In this document: positions 1-9,408 of the stretch, piece after piece
Layout of the letters: every line of letters begins with the position of its first letter
Position numbering within the stretch: position 1 is the stretch's first letter
Source of the DNA: Candidatus Limnocylindrales bacterium
GTDB taxonomy: Bacteria; Chloroflexota; Limnocylindria; Limnocylindrales; CSP1-4
Length of the DNA stretch: 64,000 bases
Assembly (NCBI GenBank): GCA_038245515.1
Contig: JBBRSJ010000014.1
Span: 12,955 to 76,954 of the forward strand
Direction of reading: 5' to 3'
Notes under the pieces: generated by a model
Seen by the model: only the letters and a program-made list of their open reading frames with translations
Told to the model about the DNA's origin: nothing
The model's database searches: none
Made by a program: the position numbers and the translations under genes

Positions 1-1
1 G

Positions 2-337
2 CCGGACGAAGGAATCATGCTCCGCTTCGGGGCCAAGGTGCCCGGGCTCGGGCTCGATGTCCGGTCGGTGACGATGGATTTCACCTACGGGTCGGCGTTC
101 ACCGTCGACTCGCCCGACGCATATGAGACCCTGATTCTCGACGCCCTCCTCGGCGACGCGTCGCTGTTCACCCGGGCCGACGAGGTCGAAGGCGCCTGGG
201 CTCGTGTCACGCCGATCATCGAGACCTGGATCGATGGACCCCCGCCCGACTTGCCGAACTACGAGGCGGGCACGTGGGGCCCGGAGGAAGGGGATCAGCT
301 CCTCGCCCGCGAGGGCAGGAAGTGGCGACGGATCTAG
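2..337 (+). CDS. zwf: glucose-6-phosphate dehydrogenase, C-terminal fragment (5' end lies outside the window)
   Basis: C-terminal sequence LLGDASLFTRADEVEGAWARVTPIIETW...YEAGTWGPEEGDQLL matches the conserved Zwf C-terminus. It is followed by opcA and pgl, as in actinobacterial OPP operons. Confidence 0.85.
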   Translation, partial: PDEGIMLRFGAKVPGLGLDVRSVTMDFTYGSAFTVDSPDAYETLILDALLGDASLFTRADEVEGAWARVTPIIETWIDGPPPDLPNYEAGTWGPEEGDQLLAREGRKWRRI

Positions 338-1605
338 CGGCCGGCGGGGCCCTCGCTCCCGTCGGTCGCCCGAACGAGCCCCTCCTCCGCTGGCGCGCGC
401 GCGCTCACAGCATCGAGGAAGTCGAGACCGAGCTCGCCCGGATCTGGGCCCAGTCGAGCCTGGAGACCGTGGTTGACGAGGACGGCGACCACGTCGCGGA
501 TCGTCACATCGCCGCGCGGACGAGCGTGATGAACCTCGTCGTGATCGCGGCCCGGCCCGAGGTCGGCGAGCGCTGTGCCGCAACGATCCAGCGGCTCACG
601 GGCCGCCATCCCTCGCGAACCACGATCGTCCAGCCGGCCGATCCGGACGGACCGTCGTGGCTCGACGCCCAGATCGTCGTCCATTGCGTCATGCCCCGGC
701 CCGATGCGCCGGAGACCTGTGCGGAGACGGTCCACCTGACCTGCGGCGGCGAGGCCGGCCGCCATCTCGACGGGATCGTCGCGCCGCTCCTGATCCACGA
801 CCTGCCAGTCACGGTCTGGTGGCCCGACGAACCGCACTTCGGGAGTTCCCAGGTCAATGACCTCCTCGCGATGGCCGACCGGCTCGTTGTCGACGGCTCG
901 GGCTGGCACGGGACGGGCCTCGACCAGCTCCGCAGGATGGCGACCGTCTGTGCCCGCCTGCCGATCGCGATCTCCGATTTCGCGATGGTCCGCCAGTCGC
1001 GCTGGCGCGAGGCGATCGCCGCGATCTTCGACATCCCCGACTTCCTGCCGTACCTCCGCCACATCCGGCGGATCGCGGTGACCTTCAGCGTTCGCGACGA
1101 GGTCGCCGCCGAGACGACGAACATCGTGAAGCCGATCTATCACGCCGCGTGGCTGGGCTCCCGGCTCGGCATGCAGGTCGTGAAGCCGTTGACGCCGATG
1201 ACCGCCCTCGCGAGGAAGGCACCGGTGCGCGGTCATGGCGGCCGGGTGACGGCCCTCGCCAACCCGAGCGCCGGTCTCGGCGCGACACTCCGCCTCGAAC
1301 GGACCGACGTGGCCGTCGTCATCCGTCCGGTCCTGTCCGAGATGCCCGCCGGGACCACGCTCCGGATCGAGCTGCTCGCCGACTGGCGCGGTTCCGAGCT
1401 CCGGGCCGACGTCACCGCCGAGCAGGACGCTGTCCACGTCCGCGTCTGGCAGGACGGCGTCCATGCCCTCGAGCGCGGGTTCACGGCTCCGCGCCGGACC
1501 GAGGTCGACCTCCTGGCGGAGGCCATCGAGGGCGGCGGGCGCGACCCGGTGTCCGTCGGCACGCTCGAGCTCGCCGCAGCTCTGGCTGGAGGCCCGCTGG
1601 AATGA
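322..1605 (+). CDS. opcA: glucose-6-phosphate dehydrogenase assembly protein OpcA
   Basis: Lies between zwf and pgl and is about 430 aa. The ORF-track start is 274. GTG 322 is the only in-frame start near the zwf stop at 335-337. Confidence 0.75.
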   Translation: MATDLAAGGALAPVGRPNEPLLRWRARAHSIEEVETELARIWAQSSLETVVDEDGDHVADRHIAARTSVMNLVVIAARPEVGERCAATIQRLTGRHPSRTTIVQPADPDGPSWLDAQIVVHCVMPRPDAPETCAETVHLTCGGEAGRHLDGIVAPLLIHDLPVTVWWPDEPHFGSSQVNDLLAMADRLVVDGSGWHGTGLDQLRRMATVCARLPIAISDFAMVRQSRWREAIAAIFDIPDFLPYLRHIRRIAVTFSVRDEVAAETTNIVKPIYHAAWLGSRLGMQVVKPLTPMTALARKAPVRGHGGRVTALANPSAGLGATLRLERTDVAVVIRPVLSEMPAGTTLRIELLADWRGSELRADVTAEQDAVHVRVWQDGVHALERGFTAPRRTEVDLLAEAIEGGGRDPVSVGTLELAAALAGGPLE

Positions 1606-2393
1606 CCGAGCCCACGACCGTCACCCTCGCCGATCCCGAAGCCTGCGCCCTCGCGGCGGCGGAGCGCATCGTCGAGATCCTCGACGTCGCGATCGACACC
1701 CATGGCGAGGCCCACTGGGTCACGACGGGCGGATCGGCGCCGGCGGCGATCTACCGCCACCTTGCCCACGCCGATCTCCGGGACGAGCTCGACTGGCGCA
1801 AGGTCCATCTGTGGTTCACCGACGAGCGCTTCGTCCCGCCCGACCATCCCCTCTCGAACGCCAAGATCGCCAACGATATCCTCCTGAACAGCGCGTATCG
1901 ATCCAGCGAAACGAGCGCCGGCGGGATCACGATCCCGATCGACCAGGTCCATCCGATCGAGACCTCCGTCGCGATCGCCGAGGGCCACGACCAGGACTGG
2001 TGCGCCGCCCGCTACGTCGAGGACATCCAGGCCGACGGCCCGGACACGAACGACGATGGGCTGCCGGTGTTCGACCTGATGCTGCTTGGCGTCGGCCCGG
2101 ATGGCCACATCCTGTCAGTGTTTCCGGGCTCCGACGCGTTCGACCGGCCGGCCTGGGCGCTCGGCGTGGCGGCACCCACCCACGTCGAGCCGCACGTCGC
2201 GCGGATCACGCTCAACCCGGCGCTCGTGCCGGCAACCGCCGAGCTGCTGGTCGTGAGCCATGGCGAGTCCAAGGCCGAGATCCTCCGGGCGATCCTGCGC
2301 GGCGAACGTGACCCGCGCGCCTTGCCGGCCCAGCTGGCCCGCCGGCCGGGCGCGACGTGGATCCTCGATCGGGCGGCCGCAAGCCTGCTGTGA
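1602..2393 (+). CDS. pgl: 6-phosphogluconolactonase
   Basis: Motifs HWVTTGGSAPAAIY, WFTDERFVP and LLGVGPDGHILSVFPGS are present. ATG 1602 overlaps the opcA stop (ATGA). The upstream part of ORF 1149..2393 is Arg-rich and non-coding-like. Confidence 0.9.
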   Translation: MTEPTTVTLADPEACALAAAERIVEILDVAIDTHGEAHWVTTGGSAPAAIYRHLAHADLRDELDWRKVHLWFTDERFVPPDHPLSNAKIANDILLNSAYRSSETSAGGITIPIDQVHPIETSVAIAEGHDQDWCAARYVEDIQADGPDTNDDGLPVFDLMLLGVGPDGHILSVFPGSDAFDRPAWALGVAAPTHVEPHVARITLNPALVPATAELLVVSHGESKAEILRAILRGERDPRALPAQLARRPGATWILDRAAASLL

Positions 2394-3223
2394 CGCCGCG
2401 CCCGATCGTCGCCCCCGACGGCGTCCCGATCGCGGTGTTCGAATCGGGCCGCGGCCGACCCATCGTCCTCGTCCACGGCGCCACCGCCGATCACACGACG
2501 TGGCGAACGAGCGGTCCGCTGCTGGCCGCGCGGCACGTGCTTGCGGCGATCGACCGGCGCGGCCGTGGCGCATCCGGTGACGGGCCGCCCGAGGAGCCCT
2601 ACGCGATCGAGCGCGAATTCGGCGACCTCGCAGCGATCGTCGACGAGGTCGCGACCACTTGGGGCGCGCCAGTCGATGTCGTCGGGCACTCATACGGCGG
2701 CCGGATCGCACTTGGCGCTGCCCTCCGGACGGCCAACCTCCGCCGGATCGTCAGTTACGAAGGGGCGCCGCCGGCCACAGAGCGCGGATACCAGGACGCG
2801 GACGCGGGCACGGTGCGGCGAATCGAGGAGCTTGTCGCCGCGGGCGACCGAGACGAGGCGCTGGCGACGTTCATGCGCGACATCGTCGGGATGCCGGAGC
2901 CGGATCTCGCCGCCTTCCGGGCCGACCCGATCTGGCCCCGCCGTGCCGCCGCAGTCGACACGACGATCCGCGAGCTCCGCGCCGAGACCTCGCCGGCGGG
3001 ATCGCTCGAGGCGCTTGGCGCCGTCCGCCAGCCAGTCCTGCAGATCCTCGGCGGCGTGTCGAGCGAGCCGTTCGCGGCCGCGACACGCGCCCTGAACGCG
3101 CGGCTGCGGAACGGGCGGGTCGTGACGATCCCGGGCGCGCGGCACGCCGCCCACCACACCCACGCCCCGGTCTTCGTCGCCGCGATCGAGGCCTTCCTGG
3201 CGGATCCTGACGTGGCAGACTGA
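2390..3223 (+). CDS. alpha/beta hydrolase fold protein
   Basis: Contains VLVHGATADH and the nucleophile elbow GHSYGG. GTG 2390 overlaps the pgl stop (GTGA). Confidence 0.8.
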   Translation: MTPRPIVAPDGVPIAVFESGRGRPIVLVHGATADHTTWRTSGPLLAARHVLAAIDRRGRGASGDGPPEEPYAIEREFGDLAAIVDEVATTWGAPVDVVGHSYGGRIALGAALRTANLRRIVSYEGAPPATERGYQDADAGTVRRIEELVAAGDRDEALATFMRDIVGMPEPDLAAFRADPIWPRRAAAVDTTIRELRAETSPAGSLEALGAVRQPVLQILGGVSSEPFAAATRALNARLRNGRVVTIPGARHAAHHTHAPVFVAAIEAFLADPDVAD

Positions 3224-3228
3224 CCGCC

Positions 3229-3492
3229 ATGGGCGACCTCATCTACTGGATCGTGATCGGGTTCATCGCCGGGGCCCTGTCGGGCGCGGTCGTGGGCGGG
3301 CGCACGGCCCGCGGCTGCCTGCCGAACATCGTCGTCGGCATGATCGGGGCCATCGTCGGCGGCTGGCTCGCTGGACAGCTCGGCTTCGAGCGTGGACCGG
3401 GCTTCGTCGCCGCCACGATCGTCGCCATCGTGGGCGCGATCGTCGTGCGGGTCATCCTCGAGGCGCTCAGCCCGAACGACCGGCGACGCTGA
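3229..3492 (+). CDS. GlsB/YeaQ/YmgE family small membrane protein
   Basis: 87 aa and Gly-rich, with three predicted TM helices (WIVIGFIAGALSG, IVVGMIGAIVGGWLAG). Confidence 0.8.
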   Translation: MGDLIYWIVIGFIAGALSGAVVGGRTARGCLPNIVVGMIGAIVGGWLAGQLGFERGPGFVAATIVAIVGAIVVRVILEALSPNDRRR

Positions 3493-3568
3493 GCGAGAAC
3501 GGCAACGCGGCTTCGGCAGCCGAGCACTTGAAGCGGCGAACGAAACCACTCGGGGCTACCATCGACCG

Positions 3569-4708
3569 ATGACATCCTCGACCTCATCCGCCGCCACTCC
3601 CTCCCAGCCGGCGGCTCCCGACGAGCGACCGTACTCGCCCGGGCTCGAGGGCGTGATCGCCGGCGAGACGTCACTCAGCAAGGTCGACGGCGCGAACGGT
3701 CGCCTGATCTACCGCGGCTATCGCATCGGCGACCTCGTCGAGCGCGGCTCGTACTCGGCGGTCGCGAACCTCCTGTGGACCGGTGACTGGGATCGCACGG
3801 CCCGTCTCCCGACCGGCCCGATCCCCGACGCCGTCCTCACGACGCTCCGCGCCCTGCCCCGCTCCGCCAAGCCGATGGACGCTCTGCGGACCGCGGTGTC
3901 GGCATGGGGCGCGACGCAGACGCTCGACTGGCCGCCGACCGTCGAACAGGCCCGGGACCTGACGGCGTTCTCGCCGTCGGCCCTCGCGGCCTTCGCCCGG
4001 ATCCGCCAGGGCCTCGACCCGGTCGAGCCGGACCCGTCGCTCGACATGGTCGAGGGCTTCCTCTATCAGCTCAACGGCGAGAAGCCCGATGCCGCGACCG
4101 CACGCGCCCTCGACGCGTACTTCATCGTTGGCGCCGAGCATGGCTTCAACGCATCGACGTTCACCGCCCGCGTCGTGATCGCGACCCAGTCGGACATCGC
4201 GTCGGCGATCGGCGGCGCGATCGGGACGATGAAGGGACCGCTCCACGGCGGCGCCCCGTCCGAGGTCGTCGATCAGCTCGCGAAGATGGGCTCGGTCGAG
4301 CACGCCGAGGAATGGCTCCGCGGCGCGCTCGACCGGCACGAGCGATTGATGGGCTTCGGCCATCGCGTCTACCGCGCCTATGACCCGCGTGCCGCCGCGC
4401 TCCGCAAGGTCGCCGAGGGGATGGAGCACAAGCCGAGTTGGCTCCAGCAGGCGATCGACGTCGAGGACGTGGCGCTGCGGCTGCTCGCGGAGAAGTACCC
4501 GGACCGGCCGCTCAAGACGAACGTCGAGTACTACGCGGCGCCGGTCCTCATGGGCGTCGGCCTCTCGCCGGATCTGTTCCCGGCGACCTTCTCGCTCGCT
4601 CGCCACGCCGGCTGGACCGCCCACGTCCTCGAGCAGGCCGCCAACAACCGCCTGATCCGCCCGGACGTCCGATACGTCGGCCCCGCGGAGCGCGACCTCC
4701 CGAGCTGA
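3569..4708 (+). CDS. citrate synthase (about 380 aa type)
   Basis: Contains PGLEGVIAGETSLS, LIYRGYRIGDL, GPLHGGA and GFGHRVYRAYDPRA. ATG 3569 was chosen because the upstream part of ORF 3392.. is low-complexity. Confidence 0.9.
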   Translation: MTSSTSSAATPSQPAAPDERPYSPGLEGVIAGETSLSKVDGANGRLIYRGYRIGDLVERGSYSAVANLLWTGDWDRTARLPTGPIPDAVLTTLRALPRSAKPMDALRTAVSAWGATQTLDWPPTVEQARDLTAFSPSALAAFARIRQGLDPVEPDPSLDMVEGFLYQLNGEKPDAATARALDAYFIVGAEHGFNASTFTARVVIATQSDIASAIGGAIGTMKGPLHGGAPSEVVDQLAKMGSVEHAEEWLRGALDRHERLMGFGHRVYRAYDPRAAALRKVAEGMEHKPSWLQQAIDVEDVALRLLAEKYPDRPLKTNVEYYAAPVLMGVGLSPDLFPATFSLARHAGWTAHVLEQAANNRLIRPDVRYVGPAERDLPS

Positions 4709-4726
4709 ACCTCGCCGACCACGGCC

Positions 4727-5764
4727 CTACAGCCAGCCGCGGCGGCGGAACAGGATCGTGAGGAACACCAGCACGACGCCCATGATCGCGACCACGACCC
4801 AGAACGAGAACGGCTCGTTCTCGCCGGGCACCGGGACGTTCATTCCGTAGACCGACGCGATCAGCGTCAACGGCAGGAGGATCACCGAGGCCGCGGTCAG
4901 GATCCGGAACGAGTCGTTCAGCCGGTGGGTCAGCACCGACTCGTTCGTCGACTCGAGCGCCTCGATGACCTCCTTGTCGTTCTCGAGCGTGTCCCAGATC
5001 CGCTCGGCGGCGTCCGAGACGTCGTCGAAGTAGATCTCCATCTCCTCGGCGAGGTAGCGCTGCTTGGTCCGCTCCAGGTCGCGCAGGACCGCGCGCTGGG
5101 GCCGGACGATCCGCCGGAAGTTGATGATCTCCTGCTTGGCGTTCGAGATATCGCGGACGATCTCGCTCGAGCGGCCCTCGAGGATGTCGTCCTCGAGGCG
5201 GTCGAGCTTGTTGCCCATCTTGCGGAGCATCGGGAAGGCGGCGTCGACGTTCGTGTCGACGATCTTGTAGAGCAAGTAGCCCGAGCCCTTCGAGAAGGTC
5301 GACTCGCGGAGCTCTTCGCGCGACTCCATCCGCTCGAACATCGCCTGGAGCGGCGGCAGCGGGTGCTCGGTGAGCGTGATCAGGTAGTCGGGCCCGACGA
5401 AGAGATCGACCTCGGCGACGAGGAGCCGTCCCGACGACTTCTCGAAGAACGGGAAGTGCATGACGAGGAACAGGTAGTCGTCGTAGACATCGAGCTTCGA
5501 GCGCTGGTTCCGAGAGTAGACGTCCTCCCAGTCGAGGGGGTGGAAGTCGTAGTGCTGCTCGAGCCACTCGCGGTGGGCCAGGCGCGGATCCTCGATGTGG
5601 ATCCAGCGGAGGCCGCTGGCCTCGACGACGCGGGGGTCGTCCACCTCGCCGATGCCGGGCGCGTCGCTCTCGCCGATCGGGTCGGATCGGCGGAGCCGCG
5701 GGCGTGGGAGGGGCGGCAGGTTGGGCATCGACTGGTTGGCTCCATGGTGCGGCAACGCCGGCAT
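4727..5764 (-). CDS. corA: magnesium/cobalt transporter CorA
   Basis: C-terminal YGMNV motif followed by the last TM helix and an RRRGWL tail. ATG 5764 has an AGGA 6 nt upstream, and ATG 5770 is an alternative start. Confidence 0.85.
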   Translation of the reverse strand: MPALPHHGANQSMPNLPPLPRPRLRRSDPIGESDAPGIGEVDDPRVVEASGLRWIHIEDPRLAHREWLEQHYDFHPLDWEDVYSRNQRSKLDVYDDYLFLVMHFPFFEKSSGRLLVAEVDLFVGPDYLITLTEHPLPPLQAMFERMESREELRESTFSKGSGYLLYKIVDTNVDAAFPMLRKMGNKLDRLEDDILEGRSSEIVRDISNAKQEIINFRRIVRPQRAVLRDLERTKQRYLAEEMEIYFDDVSDAAERIWDTLENDKEVIEALESTNESVLTHRLNDSFRILTAASVILLPLTLIASVYGMNVPVPGENEPFSFWVVVAIMGVVLVFLTILFRRRGWL

Positions 5765-5793
5765 GGTCATTCCTGTGCGACAGCCGGCGGATG

Positions 5794-6744
5794 TCAGTGG
5801 CGCGCCTGGTCGGCGCGGGCCTCCCAGAGCACGTGCTCGGGCGTCTCGAGCTGGAATGTCGAGTGGTTGATGTCGAAGTCGTCCGACAGGCACAGCCCGA
5901 GGTGATCGAGGATATCGCCAGGCCGGGCGTCCTCGGCGAGGACGACATGGGCCGAGACCACGTTGATCCCGCTCGTGATCGTCCAGGCGTGGAGATCGTG
6001 GACGTCGACGACCCCGGGCGCCTCGCGGATGTGGCGCTCGACCACCGCCAGGTCGACGCCTTTCGGCGTCGCCTCGAGCAGGACGTCGACGCTGTCGCGC
6101 AGGAGGAGCAGCGTCCGCGGCACGATCAGGACGGCGACGAAAAGCGACGCCGCGGCGTCCGCGCCGCGCCAGCCGGTCGCGAGGATGACGAAGCCGGCGA
6201 CGAGGACCGCGGCCGCGCCGACCAGGTCGCCGGCGACCTCGAGATACGCGCCACGCATCGTGAGGCTCTCGCGCTGCGCGCCGGCAAGCAGCCGCAGGGC
6301 GATGAAGTCGCCGGCCAGCGCGATTGCCGCTGTGACGATCACGATCGTCGGCTGGACGTCGGGCGGATCGGCGAGGCGGCGGATCGCCTCGATGACGACG
6401 ATCGCGGCGATGGCCAGGAGCAGGACCGCGTTCAGCGCCGCGGCCACCATCTCGAGCCGGTACAGCCCGAAGGTCCGGGCGTCGGTCGGCGGCCGCGCCG
6501 CCAGACGGATCGCGCCGAGCGAGAGCGCCATCCCGGAGACGTCGGCGAACACGTGGCCGGCGTCGGCGAGGAGGGCGAGGGAATTACCGATCGTCCCCGC
6601 GATGACCTCGACGACGAGGACTGCGAGGCCGATCCTGATCGCGGCGGTCAGGCGGCCCGAATGACGACCGGCAGCCGAGTGCGAGTGCGACACGTCGCGA
6701 GCGTACGTCACAAGCGTATGAAATCGCGCGGCGCCGCAAGTCAC
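5794..6744 (-). CDS. cation diffusion facilitator family transporter (CzcD/ZitB-like)
   Basis: His-rich N-terminus (SHSHS), the TM motif LLADAGHVFAD, and the C-terminal cytoplasmic domain signature DVHDLHAW. An alternative GTG start lies at 6693. Confidence 0.85.
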   Translation of the reverse strand: MTCGAARFHTLVTYARDVSHSHSAAGRHSGRLTAAIRIGLAVLVVEVIAGTIGNSLALLADAGHVFADVSGMALSLGAIRLAARPPTDARTFGLYRLEMVAAALNAVLLLAIAAIVVIEAIRRLADPPDVQPTIVIVTAAIALAGDFIALRLLAGAQRESLTMRGAYLEVAGDLVGAAAVLVAGFVILATGWRGADAAASLFVAVLIVPRTLLLLRDSVDVLLEATPKGVDLAVVERHIREAPGVVDVHDLHAWTITSGINVVSAHVVLAEDARPGDILDHLGLCLSDDFDINHSTFQLETPEHVLWEARADQARH

Positions 6745-6794
6745 GCCCGAATCTCGGGCCGCGGTCCGATTCCGGATTCCGAGTCGGGATTCCC

Positions 6795-7460
6795 TCAGGT
6801 ACCCGGCGGCACCTCGAGCCAGCCCTCGCGGAGAGCCCGGGTCGCAAGCTCCGTCCGGGACGCCAGGTCGAACCGCTCGAACAACCGTCGCAGGTGCGAT
6901 TCGACCGTCTTCGGACCGATTCCGAGCCGCGCCCCGATCTCGTCGTTCGAGCGACCGTCGACAACGAGACGGACGACGTCAAGCTCGCGCTCGCTCAGGC
7001 GAGCGAGGCCCGAGCCGGCGCGGGGCCGGATCGAGAACGCCATCCCGCCCCCGGCGACGCGGCGGATCGCGTCGAGGAGCTCCGCGAGCGGCGCCGTCTT
7101 GAGCACGAAGCCGGACGCGCCGAGGCGGAGCGCGGCCTCGGCGTATTGCGGGTAGTCGTAGGCTGTCAGGACGATGATCGCGGGCGCGTCGCCCGGCGTC
7201 TCGGTGAGCAGCCGCAGGCCCGAGTCTGTGCCCAGCCGGATGTCGAGGAGGACGACGTCGGCAGGCGTCGCGGCGATCAGCGCGGTGGCCTCGTCGATCG
7301 AGCCGGCGGTCCCTACCACGTCGATCCCGGGCTGGGCGGCCAGCAGCGCCGCCGTGCCGTCGCGCACGACCGGGTGGTCATCGACGATCAGGAGACGGAT
7401 GGCGGGCGCTGGCGGGTCGGACGCGCCCGGCGCCGGGGCGTCGGTCAACGCGGCCGCCAC
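6795..7460 (-). CDS. NarL/FixJ-family response regulator (REC + LuxR HTH)
   Basis: Receiver domain signatures LLIVDDHPVV and VVLLDIRL, plus a C-terminal LSERELDVVRLVVDGRSNDEIG helix-turn-helix. Confidence 0.9.
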   Translation of the reverse strand: MAAALTDAPAPGASDPPAPAIRLLIVDDHPVVRDGTAALLAAQPGIDVVGTAGSIDEATALIAATPADVVLLDIRLGTDSGLRLLTETPGDAPAIIVLTAYDYPQYAEAALRLGASGFVLKTAPLAELLDAIRRVAGGGMAFSIRPRAGSGLARLSERELDVVRLVVDGRSNDEIGARLGIGPKTVESHLRRLFERFDLASRTELATRALREGWLEVPPGT

Positions 7461-9130
7461 TCGAGGGCGACGTGCGTGCCGCCGCTCGGCCAGCGTTTCA
7501 CGTCGAGAATCGCGCCGATCTGATCCGCACGCTGAGCCATGTTCAACAGGCCGAACCGGCCGGCCTTCTCCGCGTCGGCCGGCGCCGCGTCCGAGATGCC
7601 CGGACCGGCGTCGTCGATCGCGAGCGAGATCCCACCCGGTGTCGAGCGATAGCGGACGACGATCGGCGGCTTGCCGTGCTTGACCGCGTTCGCGAGCGCC
7701 TCCTGGGCGACCCGGAAGATCGCCAGCTCCACGTCGGGGTTGTGACGGGCGTCATCGCTCCGCTCGAGCCGGACCTCGCCGCCCGCCAGGCGCTCGATCC
7801 GGAGGACCAGCCAGTCAAGCGCCGGCCCGACGCCGAGATCGTCGAGGATCGGCAGGCGAAGGTCGCCGCAGATCGCCCGAAGCCGGTCCGCGACCGTTCG
7901 CCCGATCTCAGCGCCTTCGCTGTCGCCCGAGGCCTCGAGACGCCGGACGAGCAGCGTCAGCTCCTGGAGAGCGTCATCGTGGATGTCCGCCGCCAGGCGA
8001 GCCCGCTCAGCCTCGGTGGCGGCGACGACGAGATCGCGCTGGAGGGTTGCACGGGTTGCCAGCCGGGCCAGCGGCCGGACGGTGAACCGCCCGGCGAGAG
8101 CGATCGCCGTCAACCACAGGGCCAGCGGCCAGACCCCGAGGCCGCCACCCGCCGCCAGGGCGAACAGCGGGGTCGCTCCCGCGAGCCCGAGCTCCGTGGC
8201 CCGGAGGAGGCCGCCCGCGCCCGGGTTCGTCCGACCTGCCCGGAGATCGAGCGGACCGGCGGCAATGAACCCCGGCAGGATCGGGATGGCGCCGGTGAAC
8301 GCCCAGCGCAGGTTGTCGAGGGTGTCGCGATTCAGCGGCTGGCTGATGGAGCTGACCGCCATGATCGAGGCCGCGATCGTGAACAGGGCGATCGCGACAT
8401 GGGCGAACCGGCGATCGGCCGCGTCCTCGATCCGCTCGGCGAGGACGACCGCGAGCGGGATCATTGCCGCGACGAGCAGCAAGCCCGCGAGGGCCATGGC
8501 GAGGGGGAGCCGGGAATCGGCCAGCGACGACACGGCGAAGGGTGCAGCGACAGCGGTGACGAGCGGGATCGCGAGACCGCGCAACTGCTCGCCTGCCCGG
8601 CCGGTCGCGATCCACCACGTCCCGACAAGCAGGATCGCGAGACCGATCAGCAACAGGAACGCCGAACGTTCGCCGTCGCGCCAACCTGGATAGAAGAAGC
8701 CCTGGACCACGTACCCCTGAACGGCTCTCCCGCTAACCAGGTCCCACGGTTCGATCAGATCCAAGCCGTCGATCGAGGTACCGAGGAGCGCGGCGAGCCC
8801 GTCGGGCCCGACCCGGTTCCGCGGCGCCGATGGCTCCGCACCGACGACGGTCTGGCCGCCGTTCGGGTCCGGCGAGGAGTAGATCGGCTGGGGAAGGTCA
8901 ATCAGAGGCGTGCCGTTGAACGACACGACCACCATGCCCACCTGGACGCCGTCTTGGTACGCCGGACCGAACGGATCGACGGCCGCGACGACGAGGCGCT
9001 CGCCCGTCGAGTCCAGCCCGAGGCGAATCCCCGGCTCGTAGCGGGCGATCGTCAACGGGAGCAGCCCGCAGGCGAACGCGAGCACCGCGATGACCAGTGC
9101 GAAGCGATCCCGGAGGAGCGATGCCGACAT
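7445..9130 (-). CDS. sensor histidine kinase (HisKA_3/HATPase_c) with a PDZ-like extracytoplasmic segment and a polytopic membrane domain
   Basis: H-box AADIHDDALQEL and ATPase N/G boxes (EALANAVKHG, DDGPGI). ATG 9130 sits just before the first TM helix (FALVIAVLAFACGLL). Segment GPAYQDGVQVGMVVVSFNGTPL looks PDZ-like. Confidence 0.85.
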   Translation of the reverse strand: MSASLLRDRFALVIAVLAFACGLLPLTIARYEPGIRLGLDSTGERLVVAAVDPFGPAYQDGVQVGMVVVSFNGTPLIDLPQPIYSSPDPNGGQTVVGAEPSAPRNRVGPDGLAALLGTSIDGLDLIEPWDLVSGRAVQGYVVQGFFYPGWRDGERSAFLLLIGLAILLVGTWWIATGRAGEQLRGLAIPLVTAVAAPFAVSSLADSRLPLAMALAGLLLVAAMIPLAVVLAERIEDAADRRFAHVAIALFTIAASIMAVSSISQPLNRDTLDNLRWAFTGAIPILPGFIAAGPLDLRAGRTNPGAGGLLRATELGLAGATPLFALAAGGGLGVWPLALWLTAIALAGRFTVRPLARLATRATLQRDLVVAATEAERARLAADIHDDALQELTLLVRRLEASGDSEGAEIGRTVADRLRAICGDLRLPILDDLGVGPALDWLVLRIERLAGGEVRLERSDDARHNPDVELAIFRVAQEALANAVKHGKPPIVVRYRSTPGGISLAIDDAGPGISDAAPADAEKAGRFGLLNMAQRADQIGAILDVKRWPSGGTHVALEWRPR

Positions 9131-9306
9131 GCTCGGGACGGTACCAGAGGGGTGGAACCGGACCGTACCGGGTTGTCCCGCAACGGCTCCCCGGGGAGTG
9201 CCGGCTGGGCGGAGCGCGGCCGCCACGGGACGATGACCGCGGCACGACTCGTGCAGCCGGCGCTCGCTCTGGGGGGCGGGCGCCGGCACTCTGCCGGACG
9301 GGCGCT

Positions 9307-9348
9307 GGCGACGGGTGACGGGCGACGGGCGACGGGCGACGGGCGACG
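9307..9348. repeat. tandem heptanucleotide repeat, 6 copies of GGCGACG (one copy is GGTGACG)
   Basis: Read directly: ggcgacg ggtgacg ggcgacg ggcgacg ggcgacg ggcgacg. It lies in the 278-bp divergent intergenic region between the histidine kinase and the ABC ATPase. Confidence 0.95.
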
Positions 9349-9408
9349 AGGAATGGTCCACTAGAGTGAGACCAGGCCGGCCGGACCGGCACTACCGAGG
9401 AGGGACGG

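Noticed and set aside
6768-6793. Three GATTCC hexamers between the response-regulator stop and the CDF transporter start, as a metal-regulator operator
   Set aside because: The motif is short and not palindromic, and no ArsR/MerR-type regulator is adjacent. The evidence is insufficient to call it a site.
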